Below, piece by piece: positions 38,780 to 45,040 of a stretch of DNA of 64,000 bases. The stretch lies in the IMG/VR virus record IMGVR_UViG_3300042401_001499. One strand, written 5' to 3'. Position numbers and translations under genes: made by a program. Under the pieces are notes generated by a model. It was not told where the DNA came from. It saw only the letters and a program-made list of their open reading frames with translations, and did not search any database. This DNA is from a virus. Taxonomy: Duplodnaviria; Heunggongvirae; Uroviricota; Caudoviricetes. How positions within the stretch are numbered: the first letter of the stretch is position 1; each line of letters begins with the position of its first letter.

Positions 38780-39643
38780 ATGTCTAAAAAACATGTTGTA
38801 GTATCCTTAAGTGGAGGAATGGACTCAAGTACTTTATTACTTAGATGCCTAAAAGAGTATGACACAGTTACTGCTATTAGCTTTGACTATGGTCAAAAAC
38901 ACAGAGTAGAGCTAGAGAGAGCTCAATCATTGGTAAACTATATTGGAGAAGAATCATCATCACAGACTGAATTACGTTATCGTCAAATTAAACTAGACGG
39001 ATTAGTTGATCTATTAGATTCAGCTTTAGTAACTGGGGGTAAAGATGTACCAGAAGGTCATTACGAGCAAGACAATATGAAAGAAACAGTTGTTCCTAAC
39101 AGAAACAAGATGTTCGCTTCTATTGCTCAAGCAGTAGCTTTATCGGTTGCAAATCGTACAGGAGAGACTTGTGATATTGCAATGGGAATTCATGCAGGTG
39201 ATCATGCTGTTTATCCAGACTGTAGACAAGAATTTAGAGATGCAGATGATAATGCCTTCAGAATGGGTAACTGGGATGCTGAAAGAGTAGGTTATTTTAC
39301 ACCTTATCTTGATACAGACAAATTCGGTATCTTACAGGATGGAGAAGTTTTATGTAAAGAGTTGTATTTAGATTTTGATGAAGTTTATTCAAGAACTAAT
39401 ACTTCTTATAAACCAATATGGATACCAGGACCTGAAAGTAAATCAAGAGTAGAAGAAACTCACAGAACAAAATGGGGTGAATGGTACTCAGATTATAAAT
39501 CAGCATCTTCAGTAGAACGTATCGAAGCATTTATCAAACTAGGAAGAAAAGATCCAGTTGCTTATGCAGACGAAACAGGACCAGTAACATGGGAAGTAGC
39601 AAGAGATGCAGTTCAAAAAGTATTAACAGAACATAATAATTAA
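38780..39643 (+). CDS. queC: 7-cyano-7-deazaguanine (preQ0) synthase
   Basis: VVSLSGGMDSST; FDYGQKHRVE; VPNRN; GIHAGDHAVYPDCRQEF. Confidence 0.93.
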   Translation: MSKKHVVVSLSGGMDSSTLLLRCLKEYDTVTAISFDYGQKHRVELERAQSLVNYIGEESSSQTELRYRQIKLDGLVDLLDSALVTGGKDVPEGHYEQDNMKETVVPNRNKMFASIAQAVALSVANRTGETCDIAMGIHAGDHAVYPDCRQEFRDADDNAFRMGNWDAERVGYFTPYLDTDKFGILQDGEVLCKELYLDFDEVYSRTNTSYKPIWIPGPESKSRVEETHRTKWGEWYSDYKSASSVERIEAFIKLGRKDPVAYADETGPVTWEVARDAVQKVLTEHNN

Positions 39644-39647
39644 GATC

Positions 39648-40097
39648 ATGAATGAAACGACAACAACCTTAAATGGTTATTCAGGAACAACAACAAGTAA
39701 CCACTCGGGAATAACCACAGGCCTCTATACAGGTAACATAGGAATGGGAACCTGTAATCCCTCTGAAAGACTAACAGTATCGGGTAACCACTCTAATGGA
39801 ATAGGAGCAATAGGTACAGCGGTAACACCGGGATTACAATTATCAGGAAATGCAACAATTATTTATTCAACAAATCAATTTCAAAATAACATGACACCAA
39901 AACAAGTAAACGTAGCAGTATTCACAATCACAAGAGATGAAGATACAAATGAAATCAATTCAACTAAATTCTTAAAAGAATTATGGATTGAACAAAAAAA
40001 CGGAACATCAATTGATTTATTAGTTGCAAAACAATTAGGAAATGATTTTGATCCTGAACTTACTATTATTAAAACTCTTTCTATAGTAAATTTCTAG
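39648..40097 (+). CDS. Hypothetical protein with one tail-fibre-like GNIGMGT.NPSERLTVSG motif
   Basis: Motif matches GNVGIGTTSPSERLTVSG in 35-2890. Confidence 0.55.
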   Translation: MNETTTTLNGYSGTTTSNHSGITTGLYTGNIGMGTCNPSERLTVSGNHSNGIGAIGTAVTPGLQLSGNATIIYSTNQFQNNMTPKQVNVAVFTITRDEDTNEINSTKFLKELWIEQKNGTSIDLLVAKQLGNDFDPELTIIKTLSIVNF

Positions 40098-40162
40098 TAA
40101 AAAAGTTGGAGAAGTAAATTAAAGTTCGTATATTTAAGTATTATTAATAAAAGTAAATAAAA

Positions 40163-40324
40163 ATGAAAAAAGTATTTTTAACATTAGCCTTAGTGGCTTT
40201 AGTGGCAGTAAGTTGTAACAAGGTGACTCCGTCATCAAAATTAACAACAGTAGATTCAACAGCAGTTCAAACTGATTCAGTATCAGTTGACACAGCTGCA
40301 GTAGATACTACAACTGTAAAATAA
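40163..40324 (+). CDS. Small lipoprotein (53 aa, not in ORF track)
   Basis: MKKVFLTLALVALVAVS-C lipobox; mature part rich in D-S/T motifs. Confidence 0.75.
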   Translation: MKKVFLTLALVALVAVSCNKVTPSSKLTTVDSTAVQTDSVSVDTAAVDTTTVK

Positions 40325-40332
40325 AACACCCC

Positions 40333-40525
40333 CCAGTAGATAGGTCCGCCAAGAAAGTCTTTAAACAACGTGGGAACTGCGGCTCTCCCAATGTGGCTGG
40401 AATGTTTTATAAAATACCAATGCTCGCTGTTAATTGATGATGGTGTTAAACGGATGAAAAAGGGTTTATAGTAATCTAGAGTACAAGCAAATCATCAATC
40501 AGAAACCCTGAAAGACCAAGGTTGG
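40333..40525 (+). ncRNA. Putative structured ncRNA with pseudoknot
   Basis: Complementary segments 40433-41/40491-99 and 40461-67/40503-09 interleave; 40357-62/40511-16; GC-rich non-coding island. Confidence 0.55.
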
Positions 40526-40533
40526 TAAAAAAA

Positions 40534-40621
40534 GAATAGGTTGGTGTCAACGGGAAAGTTCCTGCTAGGGTTAACATGGACGATAAGTCTGGATGAAGGT
40601 TCGAATCCTTCACCTATTCCA
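40534..40621 (+). ncRNA. tRNA-like RNA (acceptor + T arm, no recognisable anticodon arm)
   Basis: gaataggt/acctattc acceptor; gaagg-TTCGAAT-ccttc T arm. Confidence 0.55.
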
Positions 40622-40664
40622 AATTTTAAGATTACCGTTCTTTGAATTTAAAAAAAACAAAACT

Positions 40665-40946
40665 ATGGAACAAATTTTAGCATTTGTTTTAGGTGTTGGT
40701 GCAGTTGCCTTTGTATGGGCAGTTGTGGTAGCGTTTAAGACAACGAAAAAAGTAAAACAGATTGAATATTCAATCACAGGACATCGAGAATGGATTCAAA
40801 ACAACGATGCAATGGTTAACAGAAGAATTGATCAAGAAATTGATCGAGTAGATCTAATCTACACAAATGTATTATCAACTATAGATTCTAGGTTAGATAA
40901 ATTAGAAGCAAAGATTACAAAAGAAAAACAAGTACTAAAAGGATAA
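40665..40946 (+). CDS. Membrane-anchored coiled-coil protein flanked by 12-bp inverted repeat
   Basis: ILAFVLGVGAVAFVWAVVV helix; IR at 40633-44 and 40954-65. Confidence 0.65.
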   Translation: MEQILAFVLGVGAVAFVWAVVVAFKTTKKVKQIEYSITGHREWIQNNDAMVNRRIDQEIDRVDLIYTNVLSTIDSRLDKLEAKITKEKQVLKG

Positions 40947-41008
40947 ATTAACGCAAAGAACGGTATTCTTTTTAAACAATATACCTATTTATAGGAAAAT
41001 ACATATCA

Positions 41009-41530
41009 ATGAAAAAATCACAACTAGTACAATTAATAAAAGAATCTTTAAATGAATCATCTAAAGATAGTATAGCTCAGAAAGAATTCAAAATGAATTA
41101 CAGTCAACTGGGTGCAAAAGAAAAGGAATGGGTTGATGATGAAATCGATAACATCGAATACAAAAAGAAAAAGAAAGTTCTTAAAGAAGAAAAATCAGTA
41201 GATCAATTAATGACTGATTTAGGAGATGCAATTCTTGCAGACAACAATGCAGCAATGAAAATTGCTTTCAAGAATTTGAAAACAGGATTGATAGGAAGAA
41301 TAAAAAATAAATTAGAAAAAAAATATACAAACGAGAACTACGAAGAAGTAGATGATAAGTATGATACAGGGGGATACGTTGAAGCAATGGGTCCTGAACT
41401 TGACAAACATATAAAAGCAATTGCAGGTATATTCCAGGAATGGGAGGAAGGTCCAGCAACTGAACCGGGAATGGTAGGATATGCTACGTACGATTTAATA
41501 GAGTACATCAAAAGAGCAATAAGAAGATAA
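41009..41530 (+). CDS. Probable late/virion hypothetical protein
   Basis: MKKSQLVQLIKESLNE N-terminus; TATTTAT at 40986. Confidence 0.55.
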   Translation: MKKSQLVQLIKESLNESSKDSIAQKEFKMNYSQLGAKEKEWVDDEIDNIEYKKKKKVLKEEKSVDQLMTDLGDAILADNNAAMKIAFKNLKTGLIGRIKNKLEKKYTNENYEEVDDKYDTGGYVEAMGPELDKHIKAIAGIFQEWEEGPATEPGMVGYATYDLIEYIKRAIRR

Positions 41531-41605
41531 AGCAAAAAAATAAATCAACCATTAGTTGGTTCGGAAAGGAAAAGTTCATATATTTATATATAGAAAGCAA
41601 TTAAA

Positions 41606-41761
41606 ATGAAAGCACAACAAAACATACATCAATTAAATCGCACAGCAGAAAGAGCACTGATATTATCAGCCAGTTCGTTATGGAGTGATATTATATTTGA
41701 AGGAAGTGTTATTGGCTTTACGTATAATAATCAACCGAAACAAGGTGGTACCGAGGTATGA
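41606..41761 (+). CDS. Small peptide (51 aa) upstream of tRNA array
   Basis: MKAQQNIHQLNRTAERALILSASSLWSDIIF...; between promoter 41556 and terminator. Confidence 0.5.
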   Translation: MKAQQNIHQLNRTAERALILSASSLWSDIIFEGSVIGFTYNNQPKQGGTEV

Positions 41762-41793
41762 TATAGAGATATAACATATAAATTCTAATAAGA

Positions 41794-41829
41794 AGCTCGG
41801 ATCAAATAAAAAGATTCGAGTTTTTTTTT
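41794..41829 (+). terminator. Intrinsic terminator
   Basis: gctcggatc...gattcgag followed by long T run. Confidence 0.7.
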
Positions 41830-41917
41830 ACAAAAGAGTTGCTAGAAAGAATAAAAGTTCGTATATTTAGGTATAAGAAATAAGAATAAGAGTTCATTGA
41901 CATATTGGATAAAATTT

Positions 41918-42001
41918 GGAAGGCGGCCGAATGGACGAGGAGCTTGTCTTGAAAACAAGTAGCGGGTAACACCGTTGTGGGTTCGATTCCCATGCCTTCC
42001 T
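41918..42001 (+). tRNA. tRNA-Ser(TGA)
   Basis: ggaaggc/gccttcc; cttgt-CT TGA AA-acaag; long variable arm; TTCGATT. Confidence 0.9.
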
Positions 42002-42007
42002 CAATAT

Positions 42008-42078
42008 TGCCCGTTCGTATAAAAGTAGTACACATGTCTTTGACACATGCGGAGAAGGAGCGTTACCTTCATGGGCAA
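42008..42078 (+). tRNA. tRNA-Gln(TTG), non-canonical T-loop AGCGTTA
   Basis: tgcccgt/atgggca; catgt-CT TTG AC-acatg. Confidence 0.85.
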
Positions 42079-42090
42079 CAAATTAAATTT

Positions 42091-42161
42091 CTAGTAGCGA
42101 AGCTAGGTTACATGCCTCACTTGGACTGAGGAGTACGCAGGTTCGAATCCTGCCTATTAGA
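42091..42161 (+). tRNA. tRNA-Pro(TGG)
   Basis: ctagtag/ctattag; cctca-CT TGG AC-tgagg; TTCGAAT. Confidence 0.85.
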
Positions 42162-42166
42162 CAATC

Positions 42167-42237
42167 GCCCTCTAGGCTTTAAAGTGAAGCACCTAGCTTT
42201 TAACTAGGGTAAGAAGGAGCATTACCTTCAGGGGGTA
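42167..42237 (+). tRNA. tRNA-Lys(TTT), non-canonical T-loop AGCATTA
   Basis: gccctct/agggggt; cctag-CT TTT AA-ctagg. Confidence 0.85.
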
Positions 42238-42296
42238 CACGGATGAGATTGTTACTAATTCATAGAACTGCATGGTGTGAGCGTAGAATTAGATTT

Positions 42297-42367
42297 GCCT
42301 CGTTGGCGTAATGGGAGCGTATTTCTTTTACATGGAAATGGCAGTGGTTCGATTCCACTACGAGGTA
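42297..42367 (+). tRNA. tRNA-Val(TAC)
   Basis: gcctcgt/acgaggt; tttct-TT TAC AT-ggaaa; TTCGATT. Confidence 0.85.
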
Positions 42368-42368
42368 C

Positions 42369-42564
42369 TAAGTAAGTTAATATGCTGTGAAAGCTTCAAT
42401 GAGCGCAAGTTGAAGTTAGGTGGGTTCGAGCCCCTCTACTGTAGTAATAGCCTAAGTCGGAGGCAGCCAAGTAGCAGATAACATATTATAGCCGATTTGG
42501 GTTGTGCACCTCGTCCGAGAAGCCCTAATAGTTCCTAATAGTTCGGTATGGAACAACTTACTTA
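42369..42564 (+). ncRNA. Putative ~195-nt structured ncRNA between tRNA-Val and tRNA-Tyr
   Basis: 10-bp closing stem taagtaagtt/aacttactta; several internal stems; 10-bp pseudoknot 42451-60/42492-501. Confidence 0.6.
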
Positions 42565-42568
42565 AAAT

Positions 42569-42639
42569 GGGGACAACAGGCAAGGTGCCGAGCAGCTCTG
42601 TAAAAGCTCACTGGGTAGGTTCGATTCCTACTGGCCCCA
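42569..42639 (+). tRNA. tRNA-Tyr(GTA), short variable loop, two mismatches
   Basis: ggggaca/tggcccc; agct-CT GTA AA-agct; TTCGATT. Confidence 0.75.
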
Positions 42640-42745
42640 CAAAGTCATGGCATCAAATCCCGGTAGGGGTGCTGACTTAAAATAAACAACGATGGTGAAA
42701 ATGGAGTCCTGCAGGCTAACCAGAAGTAACAACGAGGGGATAATT

Positions 42746-42818
42746 GGGGATTAAGCTAATCTAGTGAAAGCGCTAGCCTGAAGAGTTAGAGAGATCGGAG
42801 CGTAACCGATAGTCCCCA
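42746..42818 (+). tRNA. tRNA-Phe(GAA), non-canonical T-loop AGCGTAA
   Basis: ggggatt/agtcccc; ctagc-CT GAA GA-gttag. Confidence 0.85.
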
Positions 42819-42824
42819 CAATAT

Positions 42825-42899
42825 TGGTCTGAAGCTTAAGAGGTATACAGCGGAGGTTTGTTAAACCTAGGATAGCAGGTTCGAGTCCTGTCAGACCAG
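42825..42899 (+). tRNA. tRNA-Asn(GTT)
   Basis: tggtctg/cagacca, G73; aggt-TT GTT AA-acct; TTCGAGT. Confidence 0.85.
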
Positions 42900-42901
42900 C
42901 A

Positions 42902-42961
42902 AAACTACTGAAATTGAATGACACGAGCTTCATACGTTCGAAAGGAGTCATGCAGTAGTTT
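42902..42961 (+). ncRNA. 60-nt hairpin carrying an anticodon-like arm (CAT), no D or T arm
   Basis: aaactactg/cagtagttt, atgac/gtcat, cgagc-TT CAT AC-gttcg. Confidence 0.4.
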
Positions 42962-42966
42962 AAAAT

Positions 42967-43120
42967 GTTCGTATAGATGTGCTGTGGATACGCAGGGAAC
43001 ACATCGAGTGGGTTAATGATGGTAGTAGGTACACAACACTCCTTAATACTAGGATTGGAGCGAAGGGTTGATGCATACTGCAGGTAATTAACAAGACTGG
43101 TTCGATTCCAGTTACGGGCG
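42967..43120 (+). ncRNA. 154-nt tRNA-like RNA with enlarged D arm and ~70-nt insertion at anticodon position
   Basis: gttcgta/tacgggc acceptor; gatgtg/cacatc; gttaat/attaac; actgg-TTCGATT-ccagt. Confidence 0.6.
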
Positions 43121-43125
43121 CAATT

Positions 43126-43197
43126 TCTCCTATAGTAGAATGGTTAGCACACATCTCTGATAAGGATGAAATGGAAGTTCAATTCTTCCTAGGAGTA
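43126..43197 (+). tRNA. tRNA-Ile(GAT)
   Basis: ctccta/taggag; catct-CT GAT AA-ggatg; TTCAATT. Confidence 0.85.
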
Positions 43198-43199
43198 CA

Positions 43200-43305
43200 A
43201 AAGTTACCACGCTTGTTCCGTCAGTGGTTGTAAAGTCGAATCAATAAACGGAACCCCAAATGGAGGTCTTGCCTTAGTAGACTAAAGATTCTAAACGACA
43301 ACTTT
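43200..43305 (+). ncRNA. Putative pseudoknotted ncRNA
   Basis: accac/gtggt hairpin whose loop gttccgt pairs with acggaac; aaagtt/aacttt ends. Confidence 0.5.
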
Positions 43306-43309
43306 AAAT

Positions 43310-43392
43310 GGAAAGTAAATCAACTAGGAGTTGAGACCGCTTGCTAAGCGTATCGTGCCTTCGGGCATGGGGTTCGATACCTCTACTTTCCT
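43310..43392 (+). tRNA. tRNA-Ser(GCT)
   Basis: ggaaagt/actttcc; TT GCT AA loop; gtgcc-ttcg-ggcat variable arm; weak anticodon stem. Confidence 0.75.
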
Positions 43393-43529
43393 CTTTAAAA
43401 ACCTGGTCCCTGTCCTCATAAAGTGTTTAAGGAACACAGGAGTTGAATGTGCATTCGGGGCGGATAGTGGTGGGACACTGATAAATAAAATCTTAAGCAC
43501 AAAGATAAGTTAACGGGTTCTTATCAACT

Positions 43530-43598
43530 ACCGACTTGATCTAGGATCGAAAATATCTCATAAGTATTTTCAGACAAGAGCGTAACTTGTAGTCGGTA
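43530..43598 (+). tRNA. Atypical tRNA with CAT anticodon (3-nt D loop, 8-bp anticodon stem, AGCGTAA T-loop)
   Basis: accgact/agtcggt; gatc-tag-gatc; gaaaatat-CT CAT AA-gtattttc; acaag/cttgt. Confidence 0.6.
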
Positions 43599-43602
43599 CA
43601 AA

Positions 43603-43679
43603 GCTAAAGTGGTGAAATTGGTAAACACTCCCATCGAGAGATGGTGCGGATTTTGTAGGTTCGAGTCCTACCTTTAGTG
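43603..43679 (+). pseudogene. Degenerate tRNA-Leu-like gene (GAG?)
   Basis: gctaaag/ctttagt, Leu-type D arm and TTCGAGT T arm intact; anticodon arm folds as ccatc-gaga-gatgg with 4-nt loop. Confidence 0.55.
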
Positions 43680-43684
43680 TATAT

Positions 43685-43756
43685 GGTGTTTCTAGCTTAA
43701 TCGGTAAAGTGCTTCACTGTGAATGAAGAGAACAGGGTTCGAAACCCGGAAACACA
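43685..43756 (+). tRNA. tRNA-His(GTG) with encoded G-1
   Basis: g+gtgtttc/gaaacac; cttca-CT GTG AA-tgaag; T stem slightly irregular. Confidence 0.8.
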
Positions 43757-43851
43757 CGACGACGCCCAAAGGACGATCGACCTGGCCAGAGACTAGTTCT
43801 TGCAAACTCAATGCCTAAAGTTGAGCGGCCAATCTATGGGATTGGCTTTAC

Positions 43852-43924
43852 ATCCCTGTGGTGAAACGGTAAACACAACGAGTTTAAGCCTCGTAAGCTG
43901 CAGGTTCGACTCCTGTCAGGGATA
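43852..43924 (+). tRNA. tRNA-Leu(TAA), short variable loop
   Basis: atccctg/cagggat; acgag-TT TAA GC-ctcgt; TTCGACT. Confidence 0.85.
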
Positions 43925-43929
43925 CAAAT

Positions 43930-44002
43930 GGTCTTGTAGCATAAATGGAAATGCACTTGAATACGAATCAAGAGATTGTAGGCTCGAATCCTACCAGGAC
44001 TT
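43930..44002 (+). tRNA. tRNA-Arg(ACG)
   Basis: ggtcttg/caggact; cttga-AT ACG AA-tcaag; T-loop CTCGAAT. Confidence 0.8.
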
Positions 44003-44007
44003 CAATT

Positions 44008-44079
44008 GCCCTATTAGTTAAACGGATATAACGAATCTCTTCTAAAGATTAATTCTAGGTTCGATTCCTGGATGGGGTA
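44008..44079 (+). tRNA. tRNA-Arg(TCT)
   Basis: gccctat/atggggt; aatct-CT TCT AA-agatt; TTCGATT. Confidence 0.85.
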
Positions 44080-44142
44080 CAAAAAAATCGTATTGGAAGA
44101 AAGTTTGATCAACTTTCGTAGGTTAAGCGATATCCTACAAAT

Positions 44143-44213
44143 GCAGGTCACAGACAAGGTGTCGGTACGGTCTCCAAAACTGCTACGGGTAAGTTCGATT
44201 CTTACGGTCTGCG
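44143..44213 (+). tRNA. tRNA-Trp(CCA)
   Basis: gcaggtc/ggtctgc; cggt-CT CCA AA-actg; TTCGATT. Confidence 0.8.
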
Positions 44214-44245
44214 CAAAATAAATTGTTTCATTTAAAATTAAAATC

Positions 44246-44752
44246 ATGAGTAAGTACCAAAGAACACTGGTAATTGATTCAAGCTTTATGGCAAGATCTA
44301 TTATCTCTACCGAAAGAGCTTTCGTGATTTCGTATAAGGGTAATGCAGAAGTTATAGCTGAACATCCAGAAACATTCGGATTAGTAAATCCGGATTTAAA
44401 AATTAATAAACCTTCAATCATTAGGGTTTACAAATACGTAAAACAAGACATTCAAAAAGTTCCTCTAACAAGAGAGAACATTTATCGAAGAGATAATTAC
44501 GAATGTGTTTATTGTGGATCAAGTTACTTGAAGTCACTAACACTTGACCATGTCATCCCACAATCAAAAGGTGGAGCAAATGCTTGGGATAATTTAGTAA
44601 CAGCATGTAGAACTTGCAATTCAGAAAAAGCAGATTTAACTCTTGAGGAATATGGTAAAGACATAGTAGAACCAAAAAGACCTCATTATCTAATGCTTAT
44701 GAAACAGTTAACATACATTCCAAAAGAATGGGAAACATTTTTATTTTTCTAG
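44246..44752 (+). CDS. HNH endonuclease inside tRNA array
   Basis: RENIYRRDNYECVYCG; TLDHVIPQSKGG; WDNLVTACRTCNSEK. Confidence 0.92.
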   Translation: MSKYQRTLVIDSSFMARSIISTERAFVISYKGNAEVIAEHPETFGLVNPDLKINKPSIIRVYKYVKQDIQKVPLTRENIYRRDNYECVYCGSSYLKSLTLDHVIPQSKGGANAWDNLVTACRTCNSEKADLTLEEYGKDIVEPKRPHYLMLMKQLTYIPKEWETFLFF

Positions 44753-44808
44753 TAAAAAAAGTTGCTAGAAAGAAATAAAGTTCGTATCTTTAAGTATAAG
44801 AAAGAAAC

Positions 44809-44870
44809 ATCACCTACTACGTAACGCACGATCGACGACACGTACTGTCTGGCAGGTCAGGCTAGGTGAT
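44809..44870 (+). ncRNA. Putative 62-nt structured RNA just after promoter 44762
   Basis: atcaccta/taggtgat closing stem; tacgt/acgta. Confidence 0.4.
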
Positions 44871-44874
44871 AAAT

Positions 44875-44944
44875 GGGCAGGGTGGTCTTGGAGGCCGGTG
44901 GCATTGCAACAGCTACAGACAGAGTTCGATTCTCTGCTTGCCCT
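44875..44944 (+). tRNA. tRNA-Cys(GCA)
   Basis: gggcagg/cttgccc, U73; TT GCA AC loop; TTCGATT. Confidence 0.8.
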
Positions 44945-45040
44945 CATTGAAGGTTCGACCCTCTACCATCTTGTATTACACCTACAGATGGATATCGAGA
45001 GGGAGCTACCGATTGATAAGTGACCGCACATGCGGTAAAT

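Noticed and set aside
40333-40621. Assignment as RNase P RNA or tmRNA
   Set aside because: No P4 partner strand (GGCUU/GACUU) and no G3:U70 alanine acceptor or tag frame; kept only as unassigned ncRNA
42640-42680. TPP or other riboswitch at the ggggtgctga hairpin
   Set aside because: Only a simple hairpin; conserved CUGAGA and downstream cores are absent and no regulated gene follows
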